Below are positions 51,499 to 63,491 of a stretch of DNA of 64,000 nt, piece after piece (the first letter of the stretch is position 1; every line of letters begins with the position of its first letter). The notes below the pieces were generated by a model, which worked only from the letters and a program-made list of their open reading frames with translations, was not told where the DNA came from and did no database searches. The position numbers and the translations under genes were made by a program. Source of the DNA: Lytechinus pictus (taxonomy: Eukaryota); the NCBI RefSeq assembly GCF_037042905.1, contig NC_087246.1, positions 7,442,001-7,506,000 of the forward strand. The letters run 5' to 3'.

Positions 51499-51534
51499 TT
51501 CGGATGCGGCGCCACTGTATTTGGGTTCGTCAGT
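51499..51534 (-). CDS. Possible 36-nt micro-exon of the LRR gene (TDEPKYSGAASE)
   Basis: aaattttag| acceptor and |gtgagc donor; phase 0-0; lies in a unique stretch between repeats; ends like the other exons (APMSE, ASNSK). Confidence 0.3.
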
Positions 51535-52003
51535 CTAAAATTTTGATGTAACTTTTTTTTTGTTTCACCTCGGTTGTATAGATTTCTTTAGAGACTATGG
51601 CATGATTTCGTTAGACGATGAAGTGAAAATGGGGATGGGGTATCCGATTTAGTAGTTCATTATGAAAGGCATTTTTGCAAACTATCCCAAATCTAATAGT
51701 ACTCCCGCAGAAGCTGAAATGTTATCTAAAAATCTATATTAAAAAGGAATCTATTAATTCAATTAAAAAATGGTCTTTATTGATAATCAAACATGTTAAC
51801 AATCATACATGAGAAAACAGCAAGAGCTGGAAAAAATCATGTTTACAAGTTTGTGTTGGCACATTATTAAATACATAGTAAAAACCACAGTAAAATGCAT
51901 TTAAAAAGGCTATACATTTAAAAGTTAATGCAATTTAAATAAAGCATAAAAGGTACTGAATGAATGAATGTAACATGATAATTGCATACTTGAAGGAGAG
52001 GAG

Positions 52004-55000
52004 TATGAGGCGCCGAATGTACCAATATTATATAGAACAATTATTTGTTATATAATCATTATTTATTAAATAATAACTATTATTTATATATAATTTACAT
52101 TTTATTTGTAAATAACTACTATTATATAAAATATCATTTCTAATTATTTATATATAATTCCAAGTAATACTTCATTATTTGTAAATAATAATAGTTCGAC
52201 ATTCCATTATTTATAAATAATGATTATTTGTTTTTCATTATTTATAAATAATGATTATTTGTTTTTCATTATTTATAAATAATGATTATTTGTTTTTCAT
52301 TATTTATAAATAATGATTATTTGTTTTTCATTATTTACAAATAATGATTATTTGTTTTTCATTATTTATAAATAATGATTATTTGTTTTTCATTATTTAT
52401 AAATAATGATTATTTGTTTTTCATTATTTATAAATAATTTGTTGAGTTTTCCATTATTTATAAATAATGATTATTTGTTAAATAATGAAAACGTCTACTT
52501 CATTATTTATAAATAATCATTACTTATATACAAATAACCATTATTTATTAAATAATGCCATTATTTATTATATAATGCCATTATTTATTATATAATGCCA
52601 TTATTTATTATATAATGCCATTATTTATTAAATAATGGAAAACTCGCTATAACATGCAAATGTGGGACCGCCCATGATATGAATATTCATGATGCGATTT
52701 CCTTTTTCGTGATTTTTCTTCACAAATTTTTGTCCATTTCCTCTTCATAATGACATTTCTTGAAGCAATTTTCTAGGGATATGGTCTGATTGTAATATTC
52801 TTTATTTTCTATATAACTTCGTCTTCGTAGAAATATCAAAAAGTGTAATTTTATACGATTTTTCCTACAGTTCACAATCCCCATAGGCGCGCGTGTATCG
52901 TAGGGACAACCGGTGAATCGACGGAGTGCTCTTCATCGAAATACTACGTTGGTTGGTCCCCGGCAGTGGCGGGCGGAATTTAGCCTGAATCCTCGATGGA
53001 AGTCGATCAAGTGCATATGAGCTGAGAGAGTGAAATATCAGTGTACTTGTACAGGCCCTTCTACTTTTTATAAATATTTCTTGTTGCTTTTTTTGTTAAG
53101 TTAATTTTTCCTGGTGTAGAGATAAGTTTCAGTTCTAATAATGCACTTCAAATACATTTTGGAGTGTCTGTTTGAGGCGTTTGGGGCGATTTCACCCTGG
53201 CCCCAAAATGCTCGCAACGACAATACGGGGGCATGATGACCCCTAAATTTTTTAAAACTTATTTTTCTATTGAAAATTATCACAAAATTCACCAAAAGTG
53301 TGCACGAAAGCCTTCGTATTTCACTTTTAAAACTCCAAAAAGTGCCCAAATGACAAGCTTGGTCGCTTCGCTGTGTCGCTTTCAACTTGAGAACGTTTAC
53401 GCGTCTGCTTCCCCCCCCCCCCTCCTCCGAAAGAAATTCTGTATACGGCCATGCTCTAAAGAGCCTGGCACATTGATTTATGTATACTTTCATTTTCATT
53501 ATTTTTATCTCATTATCAACATGGCCTTACGCAGAATTTTTTCCAGGGGGGCCGGGGCCGGAGCATGACGCGCGTAAACTTTCTCAAAAAAATCTTGAAA
53601 GCGAGACAGCCACGGGACCAAGCCCAAATGACAAGCTTGGTCGCTTCGCTGTCTCGCTTTCAACTTGAGAACGTTTACGCGCGTCTGCCCGGCCCACCCC
53701 CCGAAAGAAATTCTGTGAACGGCCATGCTCAAAAGAGCATATATGGCACATTGATTTATATGTACTTTTCATTTTCATTATTTTTATCACATTATCATCA
53801 TGGCCTTACACAGAATTTTTACCGGGGGGGGGGGGGGAGCAGCTAGGACGCGCGTAAACTTTCTCATAAAAATCTTGAAAAAGCGAAGCGACCAAGCTTA
53901 TCATTTGAGCTTGGTCGCGTCGCTGTTTCGCTTTCAAGATTTTTTTGAGAAAGTTTACGCGCGTCATGCTCCGGCCCCGGCCCCCCTGGAAAAAATTCTG
54001 CGTAAGGCCATGTTGATAATGAGATAAAAATAATGAAAATGAAAGTATACATAAATCAATGTGCCAGGCTCTTTAGAGCATGGCCGTATACAGAATTTCT
54101 TTCGGAGGAGGGGGGGGGGGGGGGGGGGAAGCAGACGCGTAAACGTTCTCAAGTTGAAAGCGACACAGCGAAGCGACCAAGCTTGTCATTTGGGCACTTT
54201 TTGGAGTTTTAAAAGTGAAATACGAAGGCTTTCGTGCACACTTTTGGTGAATTTTGTGATAATTTTCAATAGAAAAATAAGTTTTAAAAAATTTAGGGGT
54301 CATCATGCCCCCGTATTGTCGTTGCGAGCATTTTGGGGCCAGGGTGAAATCGCCCCAAACGCCTCAAACAGACACTCCAAAATGTATTTGAAGTGCATTA
54401 TTAGAACTGAAACTTATCTCTACACCAGGAAAAATTAACTTAACAAAAAAAGCAACAAGAAATATTTATAAAAAGTAGAAGGGCCTGTACAAGTACACTG
54501 ATATTTCACTCTCTCAGCTCATATGCACTTGATCGACTTCCATCGAGGATTCAGGCTAAATTCCGCCCGCCACTGCCGGGGACCAACCAACGTAGTATTT
54601 CGATGAAGAGCACTCCGTCGATTCACCGGTTGTCCCTACGATACACGCGCGCCTATGGGGATTGTGAACTGTAGGAAAAATCGTATAAAATTACACTTTT
54701 TGATATTTCTACGAAGACGAAGTTATATAGAAAATAAAGAATATTACAATCAGACCATATCCCTAGAAAATTGCTTCAAGAAATGTCATTATGAAGAGGA
54801 AATGGACAAAAATTTGTGAAGAAAAATCACGAAAAAGGAAATCGCATCATGAATATTCATATCATGGGCGGTCCCACATTAGCATGCATGTTATAGCGAG
54901 TTTTCCATTATTTAATAAATAATGGCATTATATAATAAATAATGGCATTATATAATAAATAATGGCATTATATAATAAATAATGGCATTATTTAATAAAT

Positions 55001-55570
55001 AATGGTTATTTGTATATAAGTAATGATTATTTATAAATAATGAAGTAGACGTTTTCATTATTTAACAAATAATCATTATTTATAAATAATGGAAAACTCA
55101 ACAAATTATTTATAAATAATGAAAAACAAATAATCATTATTTATAAATAATGAAAAACAAATAATCATTATTTATAAATAATGAAAAACAAATAATCATT
55201 ATTTGTAAATAATGAAAAACAAATAATCATTATTTATAAATAATGAAAAACAAATAATCATTATTTATAAATAATGAAAAACAAATAATCATTATTTATA
55301 AATAATGAAAAACAAATAATCATTATTTATAAATAATGAAAAACAAATAATCATTATTTATAAATAATGGAATGTCGAACTATTATTATTTACAAATAAT
55401 GAAGTATTACTTGGAATTATATATAAATAATTAGAAATGATATTTTATATAATAGTAGTTATTTACAAATAAAATGTAAATTATATATAAATAATAGTTA
55501 TTATTTAATAAATAATGATTATATAACAAATAATTGTTCTATATAATATTGGTACATTCGGCGCCTCATA
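52004..55570. mobile_element. 3.57-kb palindromic non-autonomous DNA element, TAT...ATA ends, 6-bp TSD (IS3EU-like)
   Basis: Arms about 52004-53651 and 53882-55570 are nearly identical inverted copies. TSD gaggag at 51998-52003 and 55571-55576. Internal 31-bp and 20-bp AT-rich tandem arrays. Confidence 0.88.
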
Positions 55571-58500
55571 GAGGAGACTGACACTTATTTAAATGACAAA
55601 AATAACTTTATGGTGGGGTGGGGATGACCATTTTGCATTGCCTTTCCTAGTCTACACACTCATCTTTTGTTGAGTATGTCAACCAAAAAAGGCAATGGAC
55701 TGTTTTTAAATCTTGTTGTTCATATTGGAAATTGTTGATAGTTGTTTGTACGACGAAGATATATGTTTGTATGTTTTTTTTGAGGTAGCCATGTCTGACA
55801 CAAAGGATGAGTTGAAAGTGATTTTGCAATTTTTTTACACAGTGTCAGTCTTCTCTCCCCAAGTGTTGGTATATTACATACCTGACATACACTTGTGTAT
55901 GTGATATAATTATGTCCTAAGATAATTTTACAAACTCTCCGTTTTATTCTTTCAATAGTATTATTTTGTTTTGCTGTAAGACTGCTATGAAAAACTAGAG
56001 CACAATATTCTAAAATTGGTCGTATATAACCCATATTGTCACTAAATCCTTCAAAGGTAAGTTGAAATTTTTCAGTTTCCTTAACATACATAATTTTCTA
56101 TTGCACCTTTTAACCAAGTCATCGACATGTAAATTCCATTTCAAATTAGATTTTATGATAACTCCAAGAATTTTGATACTTTCTACATTACATAAGGCAG
56201 AGTTATTAATGGCAAGAACCTCAGAAGTGATGGGGTTTTTCATAAAAGTAATATAGAAGGTAAAACACTTTGAAGGATTGAGTGACATATTATTTGATTG
56301 TGACCACGATTGCACTGAATTAAGTACTGATTGTAATTGCGAAGTGTCGGTTGATTTACGACACTGTACTAAAGACAAATCATCAACATATTTAAAATAG
56401 TGTATAGGAATATTTTCACATAAATTATTTACCATAATTAAAAAAAGGATTGGGCCAAGTCGTGTCCCTTGGGGCACACCGGCATGATTAACTTTGATAT
56501 CAGAAAAGATTCCATGATATAATGTACATTGCTTGCGATATTCCAAAAAACTTACAATCCAATTTATGATCCATGGTTTTATGTGCATATTAATCATTTT
56601 TTGAATTAGAATATTGTGATCCAGGCGATCAAACGCCTTTCTAAAATCTGTACATACAACAGTGGACACAGATTTTTTGTTTTCTGCATTGTCATAGAGA
56701 TGATGTAATAGACCAACAAGATAATGTGATGTAGACAATCCTGGTCTGTTACCGAACTGGTGCATATCAATTTGTTTCTCAATGTCTTTCAATAACCATT
56801 GAGCCATATAAGATTCGGCGAGCTTATCAAAATGTGAAGTTAAAGCTATATAGGACGTAAATTATTGATGCAAGGAGGGTGAGATTTTGGAATGGGAGTT
56901 ACTTGACCGAATTTCCACTGTGAAGGTACTATTCCTTGTCTAAAAGATATATTGAGTATCCTAGTAACCGGTACACTCAATTCACATGCAAATAATACGA
57001 ATGGAGAGATCGTCTCTGACAGATGCTTTGTGTAATTGTAATTTACGCAATTTACAATAGACTTGCCAACAACTGATCTCAGGACTTTCAAACTGAGAAG
57101 GTTAAAAAGCTGGTAATGATCCTCTATTTAGAGGAGAAAGATCAGAAGCAATTGACACAAAAAATCGTTGATTGCATTAGCTGCTTGTTTATCATATTGA
57201 TCATCTTCAATGTCAATACCAGGAATCGTGATTGGAATATTGTCTTGATTACAATTTGTAAGTATTTTAATATGTCTATACCAGGCTGAAGGATTATTAA
57301 TTTTTCCTTTTTTATACGAGTGTTGTAATAATTAGTTTTTGCAGCAGAGATAGCTTGAGCAATTTTATTTCTTAAATGTCTCCAAAGAGTGTCATTTTGT
57401 TTTTTAAAAGCCTTTTGTCGGTCAAGTATAAGTGATTTGATAAAAGGTGTTATCCAAGGTTTATCAGTCTGACTATTTTTTACTCTTGCGAAGGTAAGTA
57501 TAAATCAAGTTTATTTTTTATGCTATCGATCAACCTGGTATACATTATTGATAAATCAGATGTATTTAAAAAGACTTCTTCCCATGTTTGTGCTGTCAAC
57601 CATTGTCCATTGTCCAAACAACCTTAAAACACTGTCCGTTAAGGGACGTACAATTCTAATTTTCTTATCAATAATTCTTTTAGAAATATTAGAAGGATAC
57701 CAAATAACACAGTTATGGTCGCTTCGGCTGACTGGCGGGAGAATAAAAACATTTTCATAAAATTCAGAAAAGTTTGTAAAAATCTTATCAAGTATATTGT
57801 GCCCTCTTGTTGGTTTATTTACAACTTGTTTAAACATGTCATCATTTAGTATTTCTTGTAAATTCAGATCATTAAAATCACCAAGCACAGTTATCCCTAC
57901 ATCAGGGTATTTCACAAGTAAAGAATCAATTGTTGAGATAACTTGATCTGTATAATCAGCCTCATTAGGGCTTCTTGGAGGAAAATATAGTACACATAAA
58001 ATGATACTTGAAATTTTCCTGTGTAAATGAGGGGGTCTTAACATAACCCATATTGCTACAATATTCTGTGGTACTTTAATGTCAGTTAAAAGACGAGGAT
58101 GAAATTCATGCTTGGCAAGCAGAGCTACCCCACCTCCTTGTCGATTTTTACGTGGTCTAGAAAAAGTTGCGAAACCATCTAAATGTAATAACTCAAGAGG
58201 TGAAACTTCATTTTCCCAGGTTTCTGTCAATGCTACTATATCAACAAAATTTTCATTTTCAATGATTTCAAGCTCATCCAATTTGTTGTTGATCGATCTT
58301 GGATCAGTCAAGAAAAATTTAGGTAAAAAATATCCACTGGTTTCACTTCTATGCAATTTAATTTGACGAAGATTGGATAAATAAATTAACATGAACTCCA
58401 TTTTTGGACCGATATTTAATTCTCGAACGAACGATAACTGGAATTGTGCATTGATCATCATTACAAGCAATTTCAGGTGTTGAAAGATGAACCGGTTCCC

Positions 58501-58750
58501 GCCCTATTGCCATGATTGCGATCAGGGTTTTTCTCTTTCCTGCTCGTTTGCCACGATATGAGATATTTTTATCCTATTTTGCGAAATAAAGATTGAATTG
58601 AATATGAAGAGGTTCCCGTTGAATACCAAGATCTTTGATGATTTTCCATGTTGTATGTGGTAGATGTAGTGATTGTTTATTTGTGTTCTGTAAGCCATAT
58701 AATTCAGAAGAAGAATAATGATATTGATGATTGTCCCTCGTGACGTTAGC

Positions 58751-58795
58751 TGGACCGGGGTTAGGCTTTATATCACCGCATATCAAGAGTTCAAT
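58751..58795 (-). other. 2A-like ribosome-skipping peptide motif (IELLICGDIKPNPGP) upstream of the LINE endonuclease
   Basis: att gaa ctc ttg ata tgc ggt gat ata aag cct aac ccc ggt cca; in frame with the upstream RIPYYSNSNSSF across one TAA. Confidence 0.75.
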
Positions 58796-60453
58796 TTAAA
58801 ATGATGAGTTGCTGTTACTGTAGTACGGAATACGGAATACATACAAGTATTTATGGTGAAACAGTTTAGATGTTGGAACCCAATTCGGCTTGTAACTTTG
58901 TAGAGAGCAGACATGTTGGTAAAAGTGTTGATTTCTGCACACACATAATAACATACAAACAAATGAAATGCTCACCACCGGCTTCATGCTGCATAAAACA
59001 CAACAGCACTGGTCTATTAATGAATTGCTGAATGAATGAATGAATGAATTAACAAAATGATCAATTATATTTACCAATTGATTACACCCTCGAAGCACAC
59101 ACACACAAAAAAACACCACCTCCCTCCCCCAAAAGAGGGGGAACGTGAGCGAGAAAATAAAAAGGTATAGGAGAACGTTAGACGAGCGAGAGCAGACAGG
59201 GAATAGTTCAAGGGATCGCCACAGCTGCAAAAAAGCAAAAAATGCAAAAAGGGTCCATATAGGGGCCCGTTATAGAGCCCTTTAAATGTTACAGATGAAG
59301 AGCCCTTACTGCACGGGGTCTTGACTCTTGGACAGAGCCCCCGGTAGCTTTGGAGATTTAGCAAATTTATGATAGACTTTCATACGAAATTATGTTATAT
59401 ACCATCCATTTTTCTTCCCGCTCGTTATCTTCAATCCTCAGCAGCCCGGTAGTAATATCTTGTCCATTCTCTTTATTTTCCAATTTAAATTTTGCCTCAT
59501 TCCATTCTATCTTCATTTCCCGCTTTTCTTTGCCCTTTTTTTAATCATGCTAATGTATTTATATATCGGGGAAATTTATTTTTTCTTACATGTTCTTCTT
59601 TCCTTCCTTTTCCCAAGTTCTTTCCGTTTTCCCTTTTTATGTTTTTTTTTCTTAGTTTTCTATTCTTTCCTTTTCCCCTTCCTTTTCCCCTTTCCTCTTT
59701 TTTCTTTTCCTTTCCTTTTCTTTCTTTCTCCCCCTTTTTTCTTTTTCCCGTTTTTTAATTTTCCCGTTGAACTCGGCCAAGGGGGGGGGGGGGGGGGCAG
59801 CTTGCCCCCCTGCCCCCGGCCTGTTACTCCACTGGAAGAGTGGATGCAGACAAGGAACGATTCAAAGAAACGTCCGAGCTTCCGCAATTAAAACCACCAT
59901 CTCTGCGTTAACAGGCAGAGAACGTGAGAAGAGCAGGCCGGAGCGGGCAAGGAACAATTCGAAGAAAACGTCGGAGCTTCCGTGCTTTGGGCGGGAGGGG
60001 GAAAACTCCTCTTAAAATATGGATCACCTTTCGTGTGCTCATTATTAATTTCATCTTACACTTCGCGTGCTCACCACCGCCCCCTAAAATGAAATCCTGT
60101 AGCAAAGCCACTGATTCTAGACTTTATATTAACCGGGATTTTTTTGCTCTACCCCCCCTCCGAAAACAGGCAGAGGACGTATTAAGATGAGCGACAGCAG
60201 ATAAGAACAAATTCAAAGGAACGTCGGACATTCCGTGCTTCTCGCGGGTAGGTACACTCCCTTCCCTGCACCCCCCCGGAACGTGCTTCCCGAGCTACTG
60301 CAACCTAAACTGAAATCCTAGTTATGCCACTAATTCTAGACGGAATTACTGGGAATTATTGGCGCTGCCCCCCCCCCTCTGATAACAGGCACCTGTTATG
60401 CCGCTGCAACGAGGCGCCTTAAATCACTCGACCGCGGCAACCGATGAAGGGAA

Positions 60454-62332
60454 ACAAGATGAATGCCTCTGGCCGTCTCACCTGCATCACGCGATTCAAT
60501 ATACATGTACATGTAGCAGCATATAGCAGCACTATAACTCGCACAAGATGTTCAGTGATACTTGGTTACTCTTATTTCCACGTTTTATAAACTAGACCAA
60601 TACACTTACATGTATAGAGATATGATGGTAATTCAACAAATACCCCCAACGTGGCCAAAGTTCATTGACCTTACATGACCTTTGACCTTGATCATGTGAC
60701 CTGAAACTCACACAGGATGTTCAGTGATACTTGATTACTCTTATGTCCAAGTTTCAAGAGTAAGATCCAACAACTTTCCAAGTTATAATGGTAATTAAAC
60801 AGATACCCCCATTATGGCCAAAGTTCATTGACCTTTGACCTTGGTCATGTGACCTAAAATGCGCACAAAATGTTCAGTGATACTTGATTACTCTTATGTC
60901 CAAGTTTTATGAATTAGACCAACACACTTTCAAAGTTATGGCGGTAATTCAACAAATACCCCAATTCAGCCAAAGTTCATTGACCCTGAGTGACCTTTGA
61001 CCTTGGTCATGTGACGTGAAACTCATGCAGGATGTTCAGTAATACTTGATTACTATTATGTCCAAGTTTCATGAATCAGATCCATAAACTTTTAAAGTTA
61101 TGATGGTAATTCAACAGATACACCCAATTCGGCCAAAGTTCATTGACCATAAATGACCATTGACCATGGTCATGTGACATGAAACTCAGGCAGGATGTTC
61201 AGTAATACTTGATTGACCTTATGGCCAAGTTTCATGAATCAAATCCATAAACTTTTAAAGTTATGATGGTATATCTACAGATACCCCCAATTCGGCGAAA
61301 GTTCATTGACCCTAAATGACCATTGGCCTTGGTCATGTGACGTGAAACTCATGCAGGATGTTCAGTGATACTTGATTAAAGGAGAATGAAACTCTTGGAG
61401 CAAGTTAGCTTTTGTGAAAGCAGAAAAATCAAAGAATAAGATCAACAAAAGTTTGAGTAAAATAGGACTAGCAATAAAAGAGTTATGAGCATTTGATTGT
61501 CTAGATCACTAATGCTATGGAGATCCTCCCATTGGCAATGCGACCAAGATCTGTGATGTCACACACGTACAACTCTCCCATTTGGACACTGAAAATATAC
61601 CCCAAAACATCTCTTTTTGCTCATTATAATCATAATGACAAACGATTCATCAATGATATAATGTTGTGAAACCTCTGTACTTGTCATCTCATAAAGAGAA
61701 CACCTCACCTTGTGATAGACTCTATAAAAGTGAGAATATAAGTGGAATAAGTACTAAAGTAATGAGGGAGTTGTACGTGTGTGATATCACAGATCTTGGT
61801 CGCATTGCCGATGGGAGGATCTACATGGCACTAGTGATCTCAATATTCAAATGCTCATAACTTTCTTATTATTCATTCAATCTTCCTCAAACTTCCAACA
61901 ACATGTTTCTTTGATTTTTCTCTTTGATATGGATTCAGCTGGTTTCAAGGGTTTCATTCTCCTTTAACCTTATGTATAAGTTTTATGAACTAAGTCCATA
62001 TATTTTCTAAGTTATGATGACATTTCAAAAACTTAACCTTAGGTTAAGATTTTGATGTTGATTCCCCCAACATGGTCTAAGTTCATTGACCATAAATGAC
62101 CATTGACCATGGTCATGTGACATGAAACTCAGGCAGGATGTTCAGTAATACTTGATTGACCTTATGGCCAAGTTTCATGAACTAGGACCATATACTTTCT
62201 AAGTTATGCTGTCATTTCAAAAACTTAACCTCAGGTTAAGATTTGGTGTTGACGCCGCCGCCGCCGTCGCCGCCGCCGCCGTCGGAAAAGCGGCGCCTAT
62301 AGTCTCACTCTGCTATGCAGGTGAGACAAAAA
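60454..62332 (-). mobile_element. HINE/Helentron-like element with tandem repeats, interrupted by a TTAA MITE
   Basis: Subterminal inverted repeat gtctcacctgcat / atgcaggtgagac; terminal hairpin gtctcactctgctatgcaggtgagac; (gcc)n microsatellite. Confidence 0.88.
61380..61963. mobile_element. TTAA-targeted MITE (Kolobok-like)
   Basis: TTAA at 61376-61379 and 61964-61967; TIR aggagaatgaaac / gtttcattctcct; the host repeat resumes exactly after it. Confidence 0.9.
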
Positions 62333-63256
62333 TCGTTCTCGCGGGATATCGGTCTTGCGGGCATTCGGTCTCGCGGGCCCTCGGTCTCGCGGAGCCTCGG
62401 TCTAGCGGACCCTCGGTCTGTCACCAGTACGCCTCCGCGCCATCGCATCCTTTTCCACCCCCGATTTTCCAGAACACCCATCCACCCGCCCTTCATTCCA
62501 ACCATCAACGTACAACCTCACACCATGGACCTATGAAGAGATTGACTATCAACGCGAGCATTTCTTTGGTCCAATGATAGTCACCGTCGCTTGGTTATGC
62601 GCATCTTAATGAGAACATACAGGTGTTTTAACAATAGCAATTACCATGACTACCAAGACGTATCTCTGATCACCCAAAGACGGAACAGTTTCCCGGTCTT
62701 GATTTTTGTTGGCTGATACCCTGTTCCAGCATGTGCCTTTCAGTCAACATGCTTCATATTTGGAGCAGCAAACTTGAAAAGCAGACGATCTTTATGATAT
62801 ATAATATGATATTATTCGATCCGCTAACTCCCGCTCACACATAACACGGTCTATAAATGTTATAGAAAGTTGGGAAAATTAAATTTTAAATGGTAAACAA
62901 TCAATCACAATATTGCCTCTATATTACAATATGAAGACATTTCCCCAAATAAAACACATGGAACTAAGATTACCAAATGTAAAAAGAACTGCACATCGAT
63001 TTTCCATGATTTAAGTGATTTGTTGTCTATTGCGCATATAATTTGTGAAATATAAATGTCCAGTCACGAACTGCTTCCGTCCCTTCTCACGGTGACGATC
63101 ATTGAACCAAAGAAGACTAGTATGAAGAGAATGTTATTCAGAGGACAATTACAGTCACATCTCATTGAATTCATTAGGTAAGCGATGAATGTCCATCTCT
63201 CCATAGGTCCATGCTCACACCAAGACAACGATTGACTCCTCCCGCGACGCGTTTCG

Positions 63257-63270
63257 GTCTCCATGGAAAC
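63257..63270. promoter_or_regulatory. RFX X-box-like site in a CpG-rich patch (possible promoter)
   Basis: GTCTCCATGGAAAC resembles the X-box consensus GTNRCC(N0-3)RGYAAC, with mismatches; flanked by cgcgacgcg and ccgcgccacgccc. Confidence 0.3.
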
Positions 63271-63332
63271 AGAGCCTACGCATCAGTAGTCCGCGCCACG
63301 CCCACCATGTACGGAAGATGTTGCGAATACTG

Positions 63333-63491
63333 GGGAGTGTTTCATCAACATTTTTTGTCCGACAAGTTGTCAGATCTGACATCTTTCCTTGATTTTGATT
63401 GGCTGAGAAGCAGTGTTACTATGGCAACTGTCGGATAAAACAGGACTTGTCAGATGAAACGTCCGACAAGTCCTTTCTTGAAACGCCCCCC
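63333..63491 (+). mobile_element. PIF/Harbinger-like MITE
   Basis: ctg TSD at 63330-63332 and 63492-63494; same family as 41403. Confidence 0.8.

Larger units (their letters stand above)
51757..59210 (-). mobile_element. Near full-length, decayed CR1-group LINE (2A-like leader, APE endonuclease, RT); 3' UTR split by the palindromic element
   Basis: Endonuclease ORF 57556-58470 (LTETW, GGGVA, GDFN, LDKIFTN, SDH). RT ORF 56010-56807 (QFG, DFRKAFD, GVPQGTRLGP, YVDD). Frameshifts present. 3' UTR continues at 51757-52003 with AATAAA. The 5' boundary is approximate. Confidence 0.88.

Noticed and set aside
52207..52440. 31-bp repeat array as a CRISPR array
   Set aside because: Head-to-tail tandem units with no unique spacers, no cas genes, and a eukaryotic context.
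53101..54438. Mirror ORFs (132, 125 and 111 aa) in the palindrome
   Set aside because: They duplicate because of the inverted repeat, cross variable homopolymer runs and show no recognisable domain.
59460..59891. Phe/Pro-rich 143-aa ORF and Lys-rich antisense ORF (similar cases at 15466-15708 and 50689-50991)
   Set aside because: Low-complexity pyrimidine tracts, with no splice or domain support.
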